Assembly: GCA_016212885.1 (NCBI GenBank)
Contig: JACRDO010000118.1
Span: forward strand, 6,296 to 70,295
Source: Elusimicrobiota bacterium
Lineage (GTDB): Bacteria; Elusimicrobiota; Elusimicrobia; UBA1565
Direction: 5' to 3'
Length of the DNA stretch: 64,000 nucleotides
Positions 27,322 to 36,776 of the stretch are shown here, in pieces. The notes under the pieces were generated by a model. It made no database searches. It was not told the origin of the DNA and saw only the letters and a list, made by a program, of their open reading frames with translations. Position 1 is the stretch's first letter. Every line of letters begins with the position of its first letter. Made by a program: the position numbers and the translations under genes.

Positions 27322-29258
27322 CAAGCGCAGGATCGGCCCGAGTTCTCTTTCTTGAGAAACTCGGTCAGGGGCTCGAAGTAGTCCATCATCGCCTTGGTGC
27401 TGAGGTCCGAGCCGGTCTTCTCGCGCAGGAGCTCGCGCCAGTCGCGGGTCGCGCCCGCGGACAGGAGCCCCTTGAGGAAGGCGCCCGCTTCCTTGCTGTT
27501 GGAATAATCGCAGGTGCGCGGGTCCTGCTTGGCGATGTTGCGGCAGATGTAGGTATGCAGGTGGTACTTGAGAACCGTGGCGATCGCGTAGTTGTAGTAG
27601 TAGACGGGGTTGTCGTTGAGGTGGGTCTTGGTGCAGGCGTCGCAGTACTCCTCTGCGCGGGGCGAAGGTGGCTTCACGCCCTGGTATTTGGCGACATGCT
27701 CCCACCAGCGCGCGTTCCACTGCGCGGTGGACAGGTTGTTCTCGTAGATGTCGCGCTCCCAGGCGGACACCGTTCCGGCGGCCCAGGGCAGGAAGGAAAC
27801 GGTCTCCACGAGGGCTTCGTTGAGCAGCCAGCGGGTCTGGTCGATCTCCTTGCCGGCCGGGAGCACCCCCAGGCGGCGGAGATAGGACTGCCGCATGGAG
27901 GCGAGGGAGCCCAATTCCGCGATGCCCTCATGGAAGGCGCGGTTCGCGCCCTCGCGCAGGAGGAATGGCACATCGGGCCGCGTGTAGGCCTGGTAGTAGA
28001 AGATGTGCCCCAGCTCATGGTGGGCAGTCATGAACCATTCCCTGTCCGGCTTGATGTTCATGAGGGAGCGCATGTCGCCGGACAAGTCGATGTTCCACGC
28101 CGAGGCGTGGGTATTCTTCTTGCGCTTGGAGTCCAGGGGCAGGGCGTAGAGGTCCGACTTCTTCCAGAACGACTCCGGCAGGCGGTCGAACCCCAGCGAG
28201 ACATAGTAGTCTTCCGCGGCCTTGACGAACCACGACGGTTTTCTGTCCTTGAAATAGGGGTCGAGGTCCATGCCCTCCACGATCCCGGGCCATTCCTGGG
28301 ACCAGCGGTTGCCGAGCCAATGGGCCGGGATGAGCTTGGGCGGGGGCTGCCCGTAGCGCTTGGCCAGCTCATACTTGGTCCAGCAATGGAGCTGTTCGTA
28401 GAGCGGCCGTATGTCGCGCAGGAAGCCGTCCAGGAGCGCGGACATCTCGGCAGCTGTCATCCCGTAGTCCGCGGTCTGCAGGCCGAAGTAGGAGCTGAAG
28501 CCGAAGCTCTTCGCGACCGCGTTGCGCAGGGCCCTCAACTCGGCGAGGCCCGGCTTGAGGACCGGGCCGATCTCCTTGGAGGCTTCCCAGACCTTCAGGC
28601 GCACGGAGAGGTCTCTCGTCGAGACGAGGAGGTCGTCGATCTCGTTGGCCGTGGTCGGCTTGGCGCAGGAGCCGTCCAAACTTTCCAAACTTCGTAGGTT
28701 TGGACGTATCGAACCTACGCCGTTTGGAAGGTTCGATGCGTCGGGGTTCTTCTCCAGGCAGAAAACGAAGGAGTCCATGGCGCTCGACTGCCGGCCTTCA
28801 GCCTCGACGCGCTTGGCCGCGATCTCCGGCAGGGTGGCGGGGTTTTCGGCAGCTGCGAGGCGGATCTTCTCCAACTGGCGCACCGTCAAAGGCTGGAGGT
28901 CCCCCTTCCTGGCGAGGAAGCGCTGGACCTGCTCGATGACATAGCGGCTTCCGGTGAAGGAGGCCATGGCCTTGTTGGCCGCGATGCGGCCCCCGTCGTG
29001 CTCGGGCGTCACGTCGGTCGAGGCGTCCCAGGACGCTTCCTGGGACACGGCGTAGAGGCCTTGATAGTAGCCGTTATGCGCTTTAACGAAAGCCTCGGCC
29101 TCCTTTTCGATGTCTCCGGCCGGGGAGCTGGAGCACTCTTCGGTCACGATGACTTTCACGCCGGCCTTGATCATTTTCCCGGCGCCCGGCGAAGGGGCGG
29201 CGGAGAGCGGCGCGGCCAGCAGGATGGAGATCAGGAACCCCGGGATTTGCCTTTGCAT
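27318..29258 (-). CDS. secreted peptidase family M2 (angiotensin-converting-enzyme-like dipeptidyl carboxypeptidase) with N-terminal extension
   Basis: Zinc motifs 'HHELGH' … 'HEGIAE' at ACE-like spacing. Signal peptide 'MQRQIPGFLISILLAAPLSAAP'. An in-frame copy of the palindromic repeat lies at 28674-28742. Confidence 0.7.
   Translation of the reverse strand: MQRQIPGFLISILLAAPLSAAPSPGAGKMIKAGVKVIVTEECSSSPAGDIEKEAEAFVKAHNGYYQGLYAVSQEASWDASTDVTPEHDGGRIAANKAMASFTGSRYVIEQVQRFLARKGDLQPLTVRQLEKIRLAAAENPATLPEIAAKRVEAEGRQSSAMDSFVFCLEKNPDASNLPNGVGSIRPNLRSLESLDGSCAKPTTANEIDDLLVSTRDLSVRLKVWEASKEIGPVLKPGLAELRALRNAVAKSFGFSSYFGLQTADYGMTAAEMSALLDGFLRDIRPLYEQLHCWTKYELAKRYGQPPPKLIPAHWLGNRWSQEWPGIVEGMDLDPYFKDRKPSWFVKAAEDYYVSLGFDRLPESFWKKSDLYALPLDSKRKKNTHASAWNIDLSGDMRSLMNIKPDREWFMTAHHELGHIFYYQAYTRPDVPFLLREGANRAFHEGIAELGSLASMRQSYLRRLGVLPAGKEIDQTRWLLNEALVETVSFLPWAAGTVSAWERDIYENNLSTAQWNARWWEHVAKYQGVKPPSPRAEEYCDACTKTHLNDNPVYYYNYAIATVLKYHLHTYICRNIAKQDPRTCDYSNSKEAGAFLKGLLSAGATRDWRELLREKTGSDLSTKAMMDYFEPLTEFLKKENSGRSCAW
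28674..28742 (+). repeat. palindromic repeat family, copy A (in frame inside the M2 peptidase CDS)
   Basis: GTCCAAAC…CGTAGGTTTGGACGTATCGAACCTACGCCGTTTGGAAGGTTCGATGCG. Nested inverted repeats. Encodes …SNLPNGVGSIRPNLRSLESLDG… in the host frame. Confidence 0.7.
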
Positions 29259-29309
29259 GTATGGGAATGTACCACATTTTATGCAGTGCTGTTTTGATAG
29301 AATCCGGCC

Positions 29310-31133
29310 ATGGCCGGCTCCATCTTCAGGCTTCCGGACCAGGCCCCGTTCGGCCTGCTCGCCCGCGCCTATCCAGGCAGATTCAGCCTCTCGCAGGGGC
29401 TCCGCATAGAGGCCCGAAAGCGAGGGCGCATGGGCTACCGCATCGAACCTCAAAGCGGCAAATTGCTCATCGAGCACGGCGAGCGCTCGGACATAATGCG
29501 GGCTTTGGGCTCTCTGCTGAGCCGCCCGGACATCAAGAAAGAGCTGGGCGAGCCGCCTCTCGCCTTCCGCGGCTTGATGCTGGATGTGAGCCGCAACGGG
29601 GTCATCCGGGTTCCGGCCCTGAAGACGGTCCTTCTGCGCTTGGCGCTTTTGGGCTACAACCGCTTCTGCCTCTACACGGAGGACACCTGCGAGGTCAAAG
29701 GCCATCCGCTGATAGGATACCGGAGAGGGAGATACAGCCAAAGGGAGCTCAGCGAGCTCGACGCATTCGCCCGGGCCCTGGGCATCGAGATGTTCCCCTG
29801 CATCCAGACCCTGGGCCATCTGGAGCAGGTGATCAAGCACGAGCGGTATTGGCCCCTGCGGGACAACGAGCGGGTGCTGTCCGTCGAGCATCCGCGCTCC
29901 CGCAAGCTGGTCGAGACCCTCATCCGCCAAGCGCGCAAGCCTTACCAAAGCGGCCTCATCCACCTAGGCTTAGACGAGACCTGGGGCATCGGACGCGGCG
30001 AGACCTTCATCCACAAGAAGCCCATGGACCCGCGCTGGATGTACCTGCGCCATGTCCGCTGGCTGGCCTCGGTCTGCCGCAGATTGAAGCTCAAGCCCAT
30101 GATGTGGGGCGACGTGGTGGTCGGCTGCCATGAGAAGGCCATGGACCCGGCTCAGCGCAAAGCACTGCCCAAGGGCATGACCATGGTCTATTGGGACTAC
30201 TACCGCGAGCAGGCGGCGCTCTACGAGAAGCGCATCGAAGAATACCGGAAGATGGGCTATGAGCCGCTTTGCTCTCCAGGCATCTGGAATTGGGGCTGCC
30301 TATGGCCCTCCTACCGAAAGGTCAGCCGGACCCTGCCGGTCTTCATGAAAAAGGCGAAGGAAATGGGAATCAAGCGCATGATGGCGACGGCCTGGGGCGA
30401 CGACGGGCAGGAAAGCCCCTTCGACGCGAATTGGCCGGCCCTCTGCCTTTTCGCGGAGGAGGCTTACGAACGCGCGGACGGCGCAGAAGGCGCGAAAGCG
30501 CGCATGCGGGCCGTCTGCGGCGCGGATTACGACGCCGTAGTCCGAGTCGGAGACCTGGAGCTCTATCCCGGGAAGGAGAGCCTCTGCGGCTCCCTTGGGA
30601 AAGCCTTGCTCTGGGAAGACCCCATGGCTGGGCGGATCTCGCACGGCCTGGGGAAGCTCCGTCTATCGGCGCGCTTCAGGCGCCTCGCCGGCCGCATCCG
30701 CTCCGACGCGAGGAAGATGCCTTCGGATTTCCACGACCTCTTCGCCTACGCCTGCGCGCTCGCCGAGTTCCTTGTTCTCAAAGCGGACATCTTCAACGAG
30801 ACCCGCTCGGCTTATGTCCGGCGCGACAAAGCGGCCTTGAGGAAAATCGCTTCGAGCATCCCGGCGCGCGTCCGGGCCCTGGACGACCTCCACGCTGCGC
30901 GCAAGAAGCTGTGGTTTGCTGAATTCAAGCCTTTCGGCTGGGAGGTGCTGGACGGCCGCTTCGGTGGGCTGAGGGCCAGGCTCTTGACGATGAAGGAGCG
31001 CCTGGACGCCTATCTGGCCGGCAGGCTCCCCGCGATCGAGGAGCTGGATGAGAAGCCCGCGCAAGAATTCGCGTCCCTTGCCGGCAAACAGCTCACTCAC
31101 GCGAAGCTCCATACGGCGTCATGGATTCATTGA
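29310..31133 (+). CDS. glycoside hydrolase family 20-like beta-N-acetylhexosaminidase
   Basis: 'FRGLMLDVSRN', 'LGYNRFCLYTEDT' and 'IHLGLDETWG' (HxGGDE-like catalytic pair) resemble the GH20 TIM-barrel. Confidence 0.55.
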   Translation: MAGSIFRLPDQAPFGLLARAYPGRFSLSQGLRIEARKRGRMGYRIEPQSGKLLIEHGERSDIMRALGSLLSRPDIKKELGEPPLAFRGLMLDVSRNGVIRVPALKTVLLRLALLGYNRFCLYTEDTCEVKGHPLIGYRRGRYSQRELSELDAFARALGIEMFPCIQTLGHLEQVIKHERYWPLRDNERVLSVEHPRSRKLVETLIRQARKPYQSGLIHLGLDETWGIGRGETFIHKKPMDPRWMYLRHVRWLASVCRRLKLKPMMWGDVVVGCHEKAMDPAQRKALPKGMTMVYWDYYREQAALYEKRIEEYRKMGYEPLCSPGIWNWGCLWPSYRKVSRTLPVFMKKAKEMGIKRMMATAWGDDGQESPFDANWPALCLFAEEAYERADGAEGAKARMRAVCGADYDAVVRVGDLELYPGKESLCGSLGKALLWEDPMAGRISHGLGKLRLSARFRRLAGRIRSDARKMPSDFHDLFAYACALAEFLVLKADIFNETRSAYVRRDKAALRKIASSIPARVRALDDLHAARKKLWFAEFKPFGWEVLDGRFGGLRARLLTMKERLDAYLAGRLPAIEELDEKPAQEFASLAGKQLTHAKLHTASWIH

Positions 31134-31160
31134 ACCCTTTCGTGCTATCCTATCTTCCGC

Positions 31161-31604
31161 ATGGCTGAACCGCAAGAGCTGGACAAGCAGGTGGCCGAGT
31201 CCCTTCGGCTGGCGCTCAAGCTCGAGAAGTTCTTCCCCCAGAAGCTCGGCGTCGACACCGTTCGGATACTCTTTCCCTTGAGCCGCCTCAACCTCTATGC
31301 GAAGGACGAGTACATCCTCTGCCAAGGGGACGAGTCGAAGGACCTCTACGTCGTCTATTCAGGCTCGGTCGCCATCACCCAGACCCAGGGGACCGCCGGG
31401 GCCCAGCTCGCCACTCTCGGGCCGGGCGCCATCTTCGGCGAGATCGCCTTGATCCGCGACGGGGTCCGGGTCGCGAGCGCGATCGCGGCCGAGGAAAGCC
31501 GGGCCTTCCGCATCGAGTACCGGGACATCCAATCCCTCATGGACGGCAACCCGGAACTGGCCGAGCACTTGAAGGATCTCGCCCGGCAGCGCTCCGGCGG
31601 CTGA
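31161..31604 (+). CDS. cyclic-nucleotide-binding (CAP-effector) domain protein
   Basis: 'GAIFGEIALIRDGVRVASAIAAEESRAFRI' is the cNMP-binding phosphate-binding cassette. Single-domain 147 aa. Confidence 0.7.
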   Translation: MAEPQELDKQVAESLRLALKLEKFFPQKLGVDTVRILFPLSRLNLYAKDEYILCQGDESKDLYVVYSGSVAITQTQGTAGAQLATLGPGAIFGEIALIRDGVRVASAIAAEESRAFRIEYRDIQSLMDGNPELAEHLKDLARQRSGG

Positions 31605-31613
31605 AGCCCGCCG

Positions 31614-32306
31614 TCAGACCTTCAGGATCTTCGTGATCTCGTTGTAGGCCGCGAGGGAGGCGGAGTAGACGTAGTCCGCGCCGAGCTTCTCGAGCACCCC
31701 CACCAGGTTGTCCATGGCGCACCGGGCCGCGATATGGACCTCCGGGTTCGCGTCGCGGGCGTTCTTGGTCACGATGATCGCGGTCTCGATGTTGTTGGAC
31801 GCGAGGATGACCTGGCGGGCGTGCTTGATGTTGGCGGAGGGGAGCGCGTCCGGCGTGCAGGCGTCGTCGACGACCACCGGCTCGCCCTTGCGCAGGAGAT
31901 CGTCGACCAAGGCGCGGTTCTTCTCGATGAGGCAGTAGGGGATCTTGTTGTTGATGCAGTGGCCCACGAGCCTCTTCCCCAGATGGGTGTAGCCGATGAT
32001 GATGGTGTGGTCTCTCAAGAGTCCTGCCATAAGTCGGCACCTCTCCGCGTAATTTTCCATGGTCTCGCGCAGGATCAGGGCGATGACGACCCCGAAGACG
32101 AAGGACTGCCCCCAGAAGGAGTAGCCCTGGCTGAAGGCGTCGGGCTGCACCTTAAGATAGAGGGCGCTGAGCAGGGCGTCGTGCCAGCTCAGCCGCCCGA
32201 AGAACCGGAAGGCCAGGGCCGCGGCGGCCAGCCAGAGCGCGAGGACGGCCAGCAGGCGGCGCATGCGGTAGAGCGAAGCCCGAGCCTTGAGCGTCCAGAG
32301 GCGCAT
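31614..32306 (-). CDS. membrane protein with RCK/TrkA-N NAD-binding domain (ion-channel-like)
   Basis: Two or three N-terminal TM helices, then 'HTIIIGYTHLGKRL' Rossmann motif (TrkA-N). No clear GYG selectivity filter. Confidence 0.55.
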   Translation of the reverse strand: MRLWTLKARASLYRMRRLLAVLALWLAAAALAFRFFGRLSWHDALLSALYLKVQPDAFSQGYSFWGQSFVFGVVIALILRETMENYAERCRLMAGLLRDHTIIIGYTHLGKRLVGHCINNKIPYCLIEKNRALVDDLLRKGEPVVVDDACTPDALPSANIKHARQVILASNNIETAIIVTKNARDANPEVHIAARCAMDNLVGVLEKLGADYVYSASLAAYNEITKILKV

Positions 32307-32377
32307 GAGAGGGGTTCCTCAGTTCTCGAACGGGCAGGGCCAGAGCGCGCGGAAGGATCGGCCGGGCTTGAAAGCCC

Positions 32378-33241
32378 TCAAAGCTCCAGCTCCTGCCCTT
32401 CCTTGGCGGCGAAGAGCTCGAAGGCGCCCCCCAGCCCCTTGGCCAGGGCCTTCGACTGCTCGACCGTCTTGTCGATCCCGTCGTCGCTGCGCGTCGGCTC
32501 GTGGTGGAAGAGGGCCAGCCGCTTGACCTTGGACTCCACGGCCAGCCGGACCGTGTCGCGCCAGCGGCTGTGCCCCCAGCCCCGCTTGATCTTGTAGTCC
32601 TCGTCGTCGTACTGCGCGTCGCAGATCAGCAGGTCGCAGCCCTTGCAGAACTCGGCCACCAGCCGGTCCTGGCCCGAGTAGAAATCCTGCTCGCCGCCCA
32701 GGGCCCGGTTGCACTCGTGGTCCGTCAGGTAGACGACGCTCGCCCCGGAGAATTCGAAGCGGTAGCCCACGTCCACGCCCGGATGGTTCGTGAAGATGAC
32801 CCCCACCGGCACCCCGCGGGCCTCGAAGGGCCTGTCCACGCGGATGAACTCGAGCTTGGCCGCCATGTCGTTGACTTCGACGGGGAAGAAGTTGTGCGCC
32901 ATCTGGGAGCGGAAGATCTCCTCGAAGCCCGCGCCGACTCCATGCGCGCTGTGGATCCTCATGCGGTTCTTCGGGCCGTAAGCGGGCAGGAAGAAGGGCC
33001 AGCCCTGGATGTGGTCCCAGTGGGTATGGGTGATGAAGACGTCGGCCTCCATGGGCCGGCCGGCGAACTCCTTGAACAGCTTGACCCCGAGCTCGCGGAT
33101 GCCGGTCCCGCTGTCGCAGATGAAGACGTTCCCGTTCTCGCGCAGCTCCACGCAGGGGGTGTTGCCGCCGTAGCGCAGGGTCGTGGGCCCGGGCACCGGG
33201 ATCGAGCCGCGCACGCCCCAGAACCTTATCCGTACGCTCAT
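32378..33241 (-). CDS. MBL-fold metallo-hydrolase (class II cNMP-phosphodiesterase/RNase Z-like)
   Basis: 'HTHWDH' H-x-H-x-D-H motif, later 'LTDHE' and 'LFHHEP'. Start overlaps the upstream receiver gene's stop (ATGA). Confidence 0.7.
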   Translation of the reverse strand: MSVRIRFWGVRGSIPVPGPTTLRYGGNTPCVELRENGNVFICDSGTGIRELGVKLFKEFAGRPMEADVFITHTHWDHIQGWPFFLPAYGPKNRMRIHSAHGVGAGFEEIFRSQMAHNFFPVEVNDMAAKLEFIRVDRPFEARGVPVGVIFTNHPGVDVGYRFEFSGASVVYLTDHECNRALGGEQDFYSGQDRLVAEFCKGCDLLICDAQYDDEDYKIKRGWGHSRWRDTVRLAVESKVKRLALFHHEPTRSDDGIDKTVEQSKALAKGLGGAFELFAAKEGQELEL

Positions 33242-33738
33242 TTATCCCCGTCCAAACCTTCCGAACGTCGTAGGTTTGGACGTATCGAACCTGCGCCGTT
33301 TGGAAGGTTCGATACGTCCAAAGATGCGCCGCTCCCGCCCCCAAGAGCCTCCTTCACGGCCTCGAGCAGGGCTTCCAGCGAATAGGGCTTGGTGAGATAC
33401 GCGTCGGCCCCCAGGCGCATGGCCGCCTTCTTGTCGACGCCGAAAGACTTGCCTGAGGAGATGATGATCTTCACGCCCTTGAGCCTGCCGTCCTCGCGGA
33501 TCCTCTGGCAGACCTCGAAGCCGTGCATGTCCGGCATCATCAGGTCGAGGATGATGATATCCGGCTTCGTTTCGCCGGCCAAGTCGCAGCCCCTCTTGCC
33601 GTTGAAAGCGATGAAGACTTCGTGCTGCTGCGAACGGAGGCATTGAGAGATGAATTCGACGATGCCGACGTCGTCGTCGACCACCAGGACGCGGGCCACG
33701 GGCGTATTATGGCAAAAAAAAAGGCCCCTCAATCGCAA
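33238..33738 (-). CDS. single-domain response regulator receiver (CheY-like) with repeat-encoded C-terminal tail
   Basis: 'VLVVDDD…IIILDLMMPDMHGFEV…ISSGKS…ADAYLTKP' receiver motifs. Likely GTG/ATG start. The last ~25 aa are encoded by repeat copy B. Confidence 0.75.
   Translation of the reverse strand: MRLRGLFFCHNTPVARVLVVDDDVGIVEFISQCLRSQQHEVFIAFNGKRGCDLAGETKPDIIILDLMMPDMHGFEVCQRIREDGRLKGVKIIISSGKSFGVDKKAAMRLGADAYLTKPYSLEALLEAVKEALGGGSGASLDVSNLPNGAGSIRPNLRRSEGLDGDK
33250..33323 (+). repeat. palindromic repeat family, copy B (forms the 3' end of the receiver CDS and the MBL gene start region)
   Basis: GTCCAAACCTTCCGAACGTCGTAGGTTTGGACGTATCGAACCTGCGCCGTTTGGAAGGTTCGATACGTCCAAAG. Encodes …SNLPNGAGSIRPNLRRSEGLDGDK*. 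Confidence 0.7.
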
Positions 33739-33758
33739 GGATCAAGGGGCCTTTCCGG

Positions 33759-36700
33759 CTACTTCTTCGCGCCGTTCCCCGCTGCCCCGCTATTCGCGGG
33801 ACTGCGAGGCTCGACATTGCCTGTAGCCTCGACCGCCTTCTGCATGTCGTGCAGGCGCTGGATGCGCAGCGTCGTGTCCGGATGGGTGATGAAGAGGTTG
33901 AAGAAGAAGTTGTCCTCCTTGCCCACGGCCAGGCGGGTCAGAAGGTCGAACTCCGGGAGGGCGCCCGCCCGGTAGAGCTGTTCGACCGGGTTGACCGTCA
34001 TCAGGTGCGCCTGGGAGGCGAGCCTGGGCAGGTCTTCCTTCGGCAGGACGAAGCCGGATGGCGGCTGCCAGGTCGTCAGCAGGCTCAGGCCGAGGGCGAG
34101 CGCGGCCGGGTCCATGGTCAGCAGGGCCCCGTCCTCGTCGGCCCCTCCCTCGCGCACGCGCGAGGACGCCATCTGGAGGATCGTCGCGATGATCGGCCCC
34201 CAGAGCGCGGCGAAGATGCGCAGCAGCCCGAGCGCGGTCTGGACCGCCGCCCCCACGGTGACCGGCTCGACGACGGCCTCCGGCTTGACGGAAGCCTTAT
34301 CCCTGCCGCCGAAGACGTCCAAACCTGCGCCGTTTGGAGAGTTCGATGCGCCGGATGGCCGGCACAGGAGGATCTCCTTGAGCTTCTTGGCGGCCGCTTT
34401 GGCGTGGCCCACGGCCCAGAGGACCCCGTAGGAGGAGAACGCGATCGCAGATGACATCGCCCCGGCCACGGCCCCGATGATCATATCGCGGTTCATGACG
34501 TGGCTGAACTCATGCCCGAGGACCCCGCGCAGGGCGCGGTAGCCCAGCGCCTTGAGCTCGGCGGAGGATGCCTTCTCAAGCGCCTCCCGCAGCTCGGCCT
34601 GAGAGGCGTTCTCAGAGATGCCCGAGATGGAGCCGCGGATGGCGGCCCGGAACACGGCGAAGGGCTTGCCGGAGGGATCCGTGAGCGCCACAAGGCGGAT
34701 GAGCCCCGGGCGCAGGAACTCCGGCTCCAGGAGCATCTGCTTGATCTCGTAGGTCACGCCCACCATGGCCTTATGCGGGCTCATGCCGGTCGCGAAGGCG
34801 TTGGGGACGCCCATTTTCACATTGATGATCTCCGGCATCGGGATGGGCTTCTTGCCCTTAGCCACGAGGCCGCGGTTGATGATCTCGCGGAGCTCGGTCA
34901 TGATGGAGAAGACCTCTGGGTCCTTCTGCGCGTCGGTCGGCTCGCCTTTCATGACCTTCTTGATGAGCTGACGGCTGAAAACGACCTGCAGGCCGGTGAT
35001 CACGCCGATGAAGGCGAGGTTGCCGAGGAAAGACGTGATGGTGAAGACCGCGGAGGTCATGGCCGCGCTGAGCGCGACCAGGCCGCCGAGCGCCGCGCCG
35101 GTCCTCAGCCAGAAATGAAAGACGGGCCAGCGGGACGGCTTGGAGCTCTCCGCCTGCTCCTCCTGGGGGGCGGCCGAGGAAGGCGAAGCCTGGCGGGCCG
35201 GGAAGAGCTTCCCCAGCAGAGCCTCGGTCCAGACCGCGGCCCGCTCTGGCGCGAAGGCGAGCATGAGGAAGGTCACCGGCGCGGCGAAGCCGGTCGCAGC
35301 TGCCCATAGGGCCACCGCGGCGTAGGCCCAGTTGAAGATCTTCGACTTCCCGGTGAACATCCATGCGGCGAACGCCGCGTTGACCCAGATCGGGGAGTAG
35401 CCGGTCAGCAGGGCGAACACGACCCCGGTCAGCACCCAGGTGTAGATCGGGAAGCGCAGCGGCGCAAGCCCGCCCGGCACGCGGAAGGGCCGGCCGGTCT
35501 CCGCCGAGCGGATGAGGTAGCCCAGGAAGAAGGAGACGGTCGTCATGGCCGGCAGGGCCATGAGGGCGAAGATCGAGGCCAGGGTCAGGGGCGCGGCTGC
35601 GGCGACGCCGATCAAGGGGGCGACCAAGGTTAGCGAGGCCCAGGCCAGCAGCTTGTCGAAGAGGCCTCCTGCGGGCCCGCCTTCCTTCCGCGCCGCTTTG
35701 GCCGCGGCGAAGGACGCCAGCGACACGAAGGGCAGGGCGAGCGCCAGATGGCCGATGGCGGCGCCGCCTACGAACGCCGGGGCTGTGACCGCGACGGCGC
35801 CGAGGAACGCGCCGATGAAGAGGTCTAAGGCGAGCTTGACGCCGGCGAGCCTTGCCGAGTCGCGCAGGCCCAGGCGGTAGCGCGAGTAAACGGCTACGGG
35901 CAGAAGCAGGGCCCCGGAGCTGACGGCCCAGAGGGCCGCCACCGGCATCAGCCCGAAGATCGCGGGCAGGAGCGCCACGGCCGCGGCCTGCAGACCTATG
36001 ACCGCCGCGGCGGAAGCCGCGATGCGCGCGATGGAGATCGCGGCCCGGATGGGACGGCTGAGAGTCTTCTGCGGCTTGGACTCCTGGGCCAGGATGGAGA
36101 CCCTCTCGATGCTCGGCGCGGCATCAACAGTTCGCTCCTGCGGGGCTTGGAGCTGACTGCCTGAGTTCGAGCCTTCGACGGCGGAAACTGGAGCTTCGAC
36201 GTCCGCTGAAACCTTGATGGATCTCACGCCGAGGATCTTGTCCATCATGGCCGCGCCGGCTTCGCGCGCAACCCCTTGCGGCATCTGGGCGATCTCTTCA
36301 GCCGGGAGGGCGACCGAGCGCTGGTCAGAAACGAGGGTCTTAAAGGAAGGGGCCTGGCCTGGGACCTCGGCCTGCTGTTTGACCGCGAAGGCGTTCGCTT
36401 TGACCTCTACTGCGGCGGCTTTGACGTTCGCCGGAGTCTGGCTTATGGGGGAGGCCACGACTGACTTGATGCCGACGGCTTTTGGGGTGATCAGATTTCC
36501 GGACACCTTCGATACTATGGGAGCCTGCACCCCCGGTATGACACTGGTCTTCAAGCTGAGGTCGGAGGAATCGAGCCGGATGGAGGATTGGACCCCGCCT
36601 ATTGGGATGGCCGCTCCGACCTGACCTCCCGGGAGCATGGCGCCGGTCGGGACAGTCTGGACGTGGACTTGCGCAAAAAGTTGATAGCCCTCGAAGCCGG

Positions 36701-36776
36701 GCGATATCGTCAGGATCGCGAAAGCAAGCGAAGCGGCGACGAATTTCTTGCAGAGGCAGGAATAGCGCGGAATCAT
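33759..36776 (-). CDS. large polytopic membrane protein with M48 (HtpX-like) zinc-metallopeptidase domain
   Basis: 'VLGHEFSHVMNRD' is an HExxH motif in HtpX-like context ('GMSPHKAMVGVTYEI…'). More than 10 predicted TM helices. Long N-terminal secreted region with signal peptide (start at MIPRYS…). Repeat copy C lies in frame at 34316-34352. Confidence 0.65.
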   Translation of the reverse strand: MIPRYSCLCKKFVAASLAFAILTISPGFEGYQLFAQVHVQTVPTGAMLPGGQVGAAIPIGGVQSSIRLDSSDLSLKTSVIPGVQAPIVSKVSGNLITPKAVGIKSVVASPISQTPANVKAAAVEVKANAFAVKQQAEVPGQAPSFKTLVSDQRSVALPAEEIAQMPQGVAREAGAAMMDKILGVRSIKVSADVEAPVSAVEGSNSGSQLQAPQERTVDAAPSIERVSILAQESKPQKTLSRPIRAAISIARIAASAAAVIGLQAAAVALLPAIFGLMPVAALWAVSSGALLLPVAVYSRYRLGLRDSARLAGVKLALDLFIGAFLGAVAVTAPAFVGGAAIGHLALALPFVSLASFAAAKAARKEGGPAGGLFDKLLAWASLTLVAPLIGVAAAAPLTLASIFALMALPAMTTVSFFLGYLIRSAETGRPFRVPGGLAPLRFPIYTWVLTGVVFALLTGYSPIWVNAAFAAWMFTGKSKIFNWAYAAVALWAAATGFAAPVTFLMLAFAPERAAVWTEALLGKLFPARQASPSSAAPQEEQAESSKPSRWPVFHFWLRTGAALGGLVALSAAMTSAVFTITSFLGNLAFIGVITGLQVVFSRQLIKKVMKGEPTDAQKDPEVFSIMTELREIINRGLVAKGKKPIPMPEIINVKMGVPNAFATGMSPHKAMVGVTYEIKQMLLEPEFLRPGLIRLVALTDPSGKPFAVFRAAIRGSISGISENASQAELREALEKASSAELKALGYRALRGVLGHEFSHVMNRDMIIGAVAGAMSSAIAFSSYGVLWAVGHAKAAAKKLKEILLCRPSGASNSPNGAGLDVFGGRDKASVKPEAVVEPVTVGAAVQTALGLLRIFAALWGPIIATILQMASSRVREGGADEDGALLTMDPAALALGLSLLTTWQPPSGFVLPKEDLPRLASQAHLMTVNPVEQLYRAGALPEFDLLTRLAVGKEDNFFFNLFITHPDTTLRIQRLHDMQKAVEATGNVEPRSPANSGAAGNGAKK
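34316..34352 (+). repeat. palindromic repeat family, copy C (partial, in frame inside the M48-like CDS)
   Basis: GTCCAAACCTGCGCCGTTTGGAGAGTTCGATGCGCC, the right half of the element. Encodes …SNSPNGAGLDVFGG…. Confidence 0.55.

Noticed and set aside
27322-27720. The N-terminal 130 aa of the listed cas3 ORF (start at 27720)
   Set aside because: It overlaps the 3' end of the M2 peptidase gene and is Arg/Pro-rich low-complexity sequence. The HD motif begins at residue 151, so the real start is near 27321.
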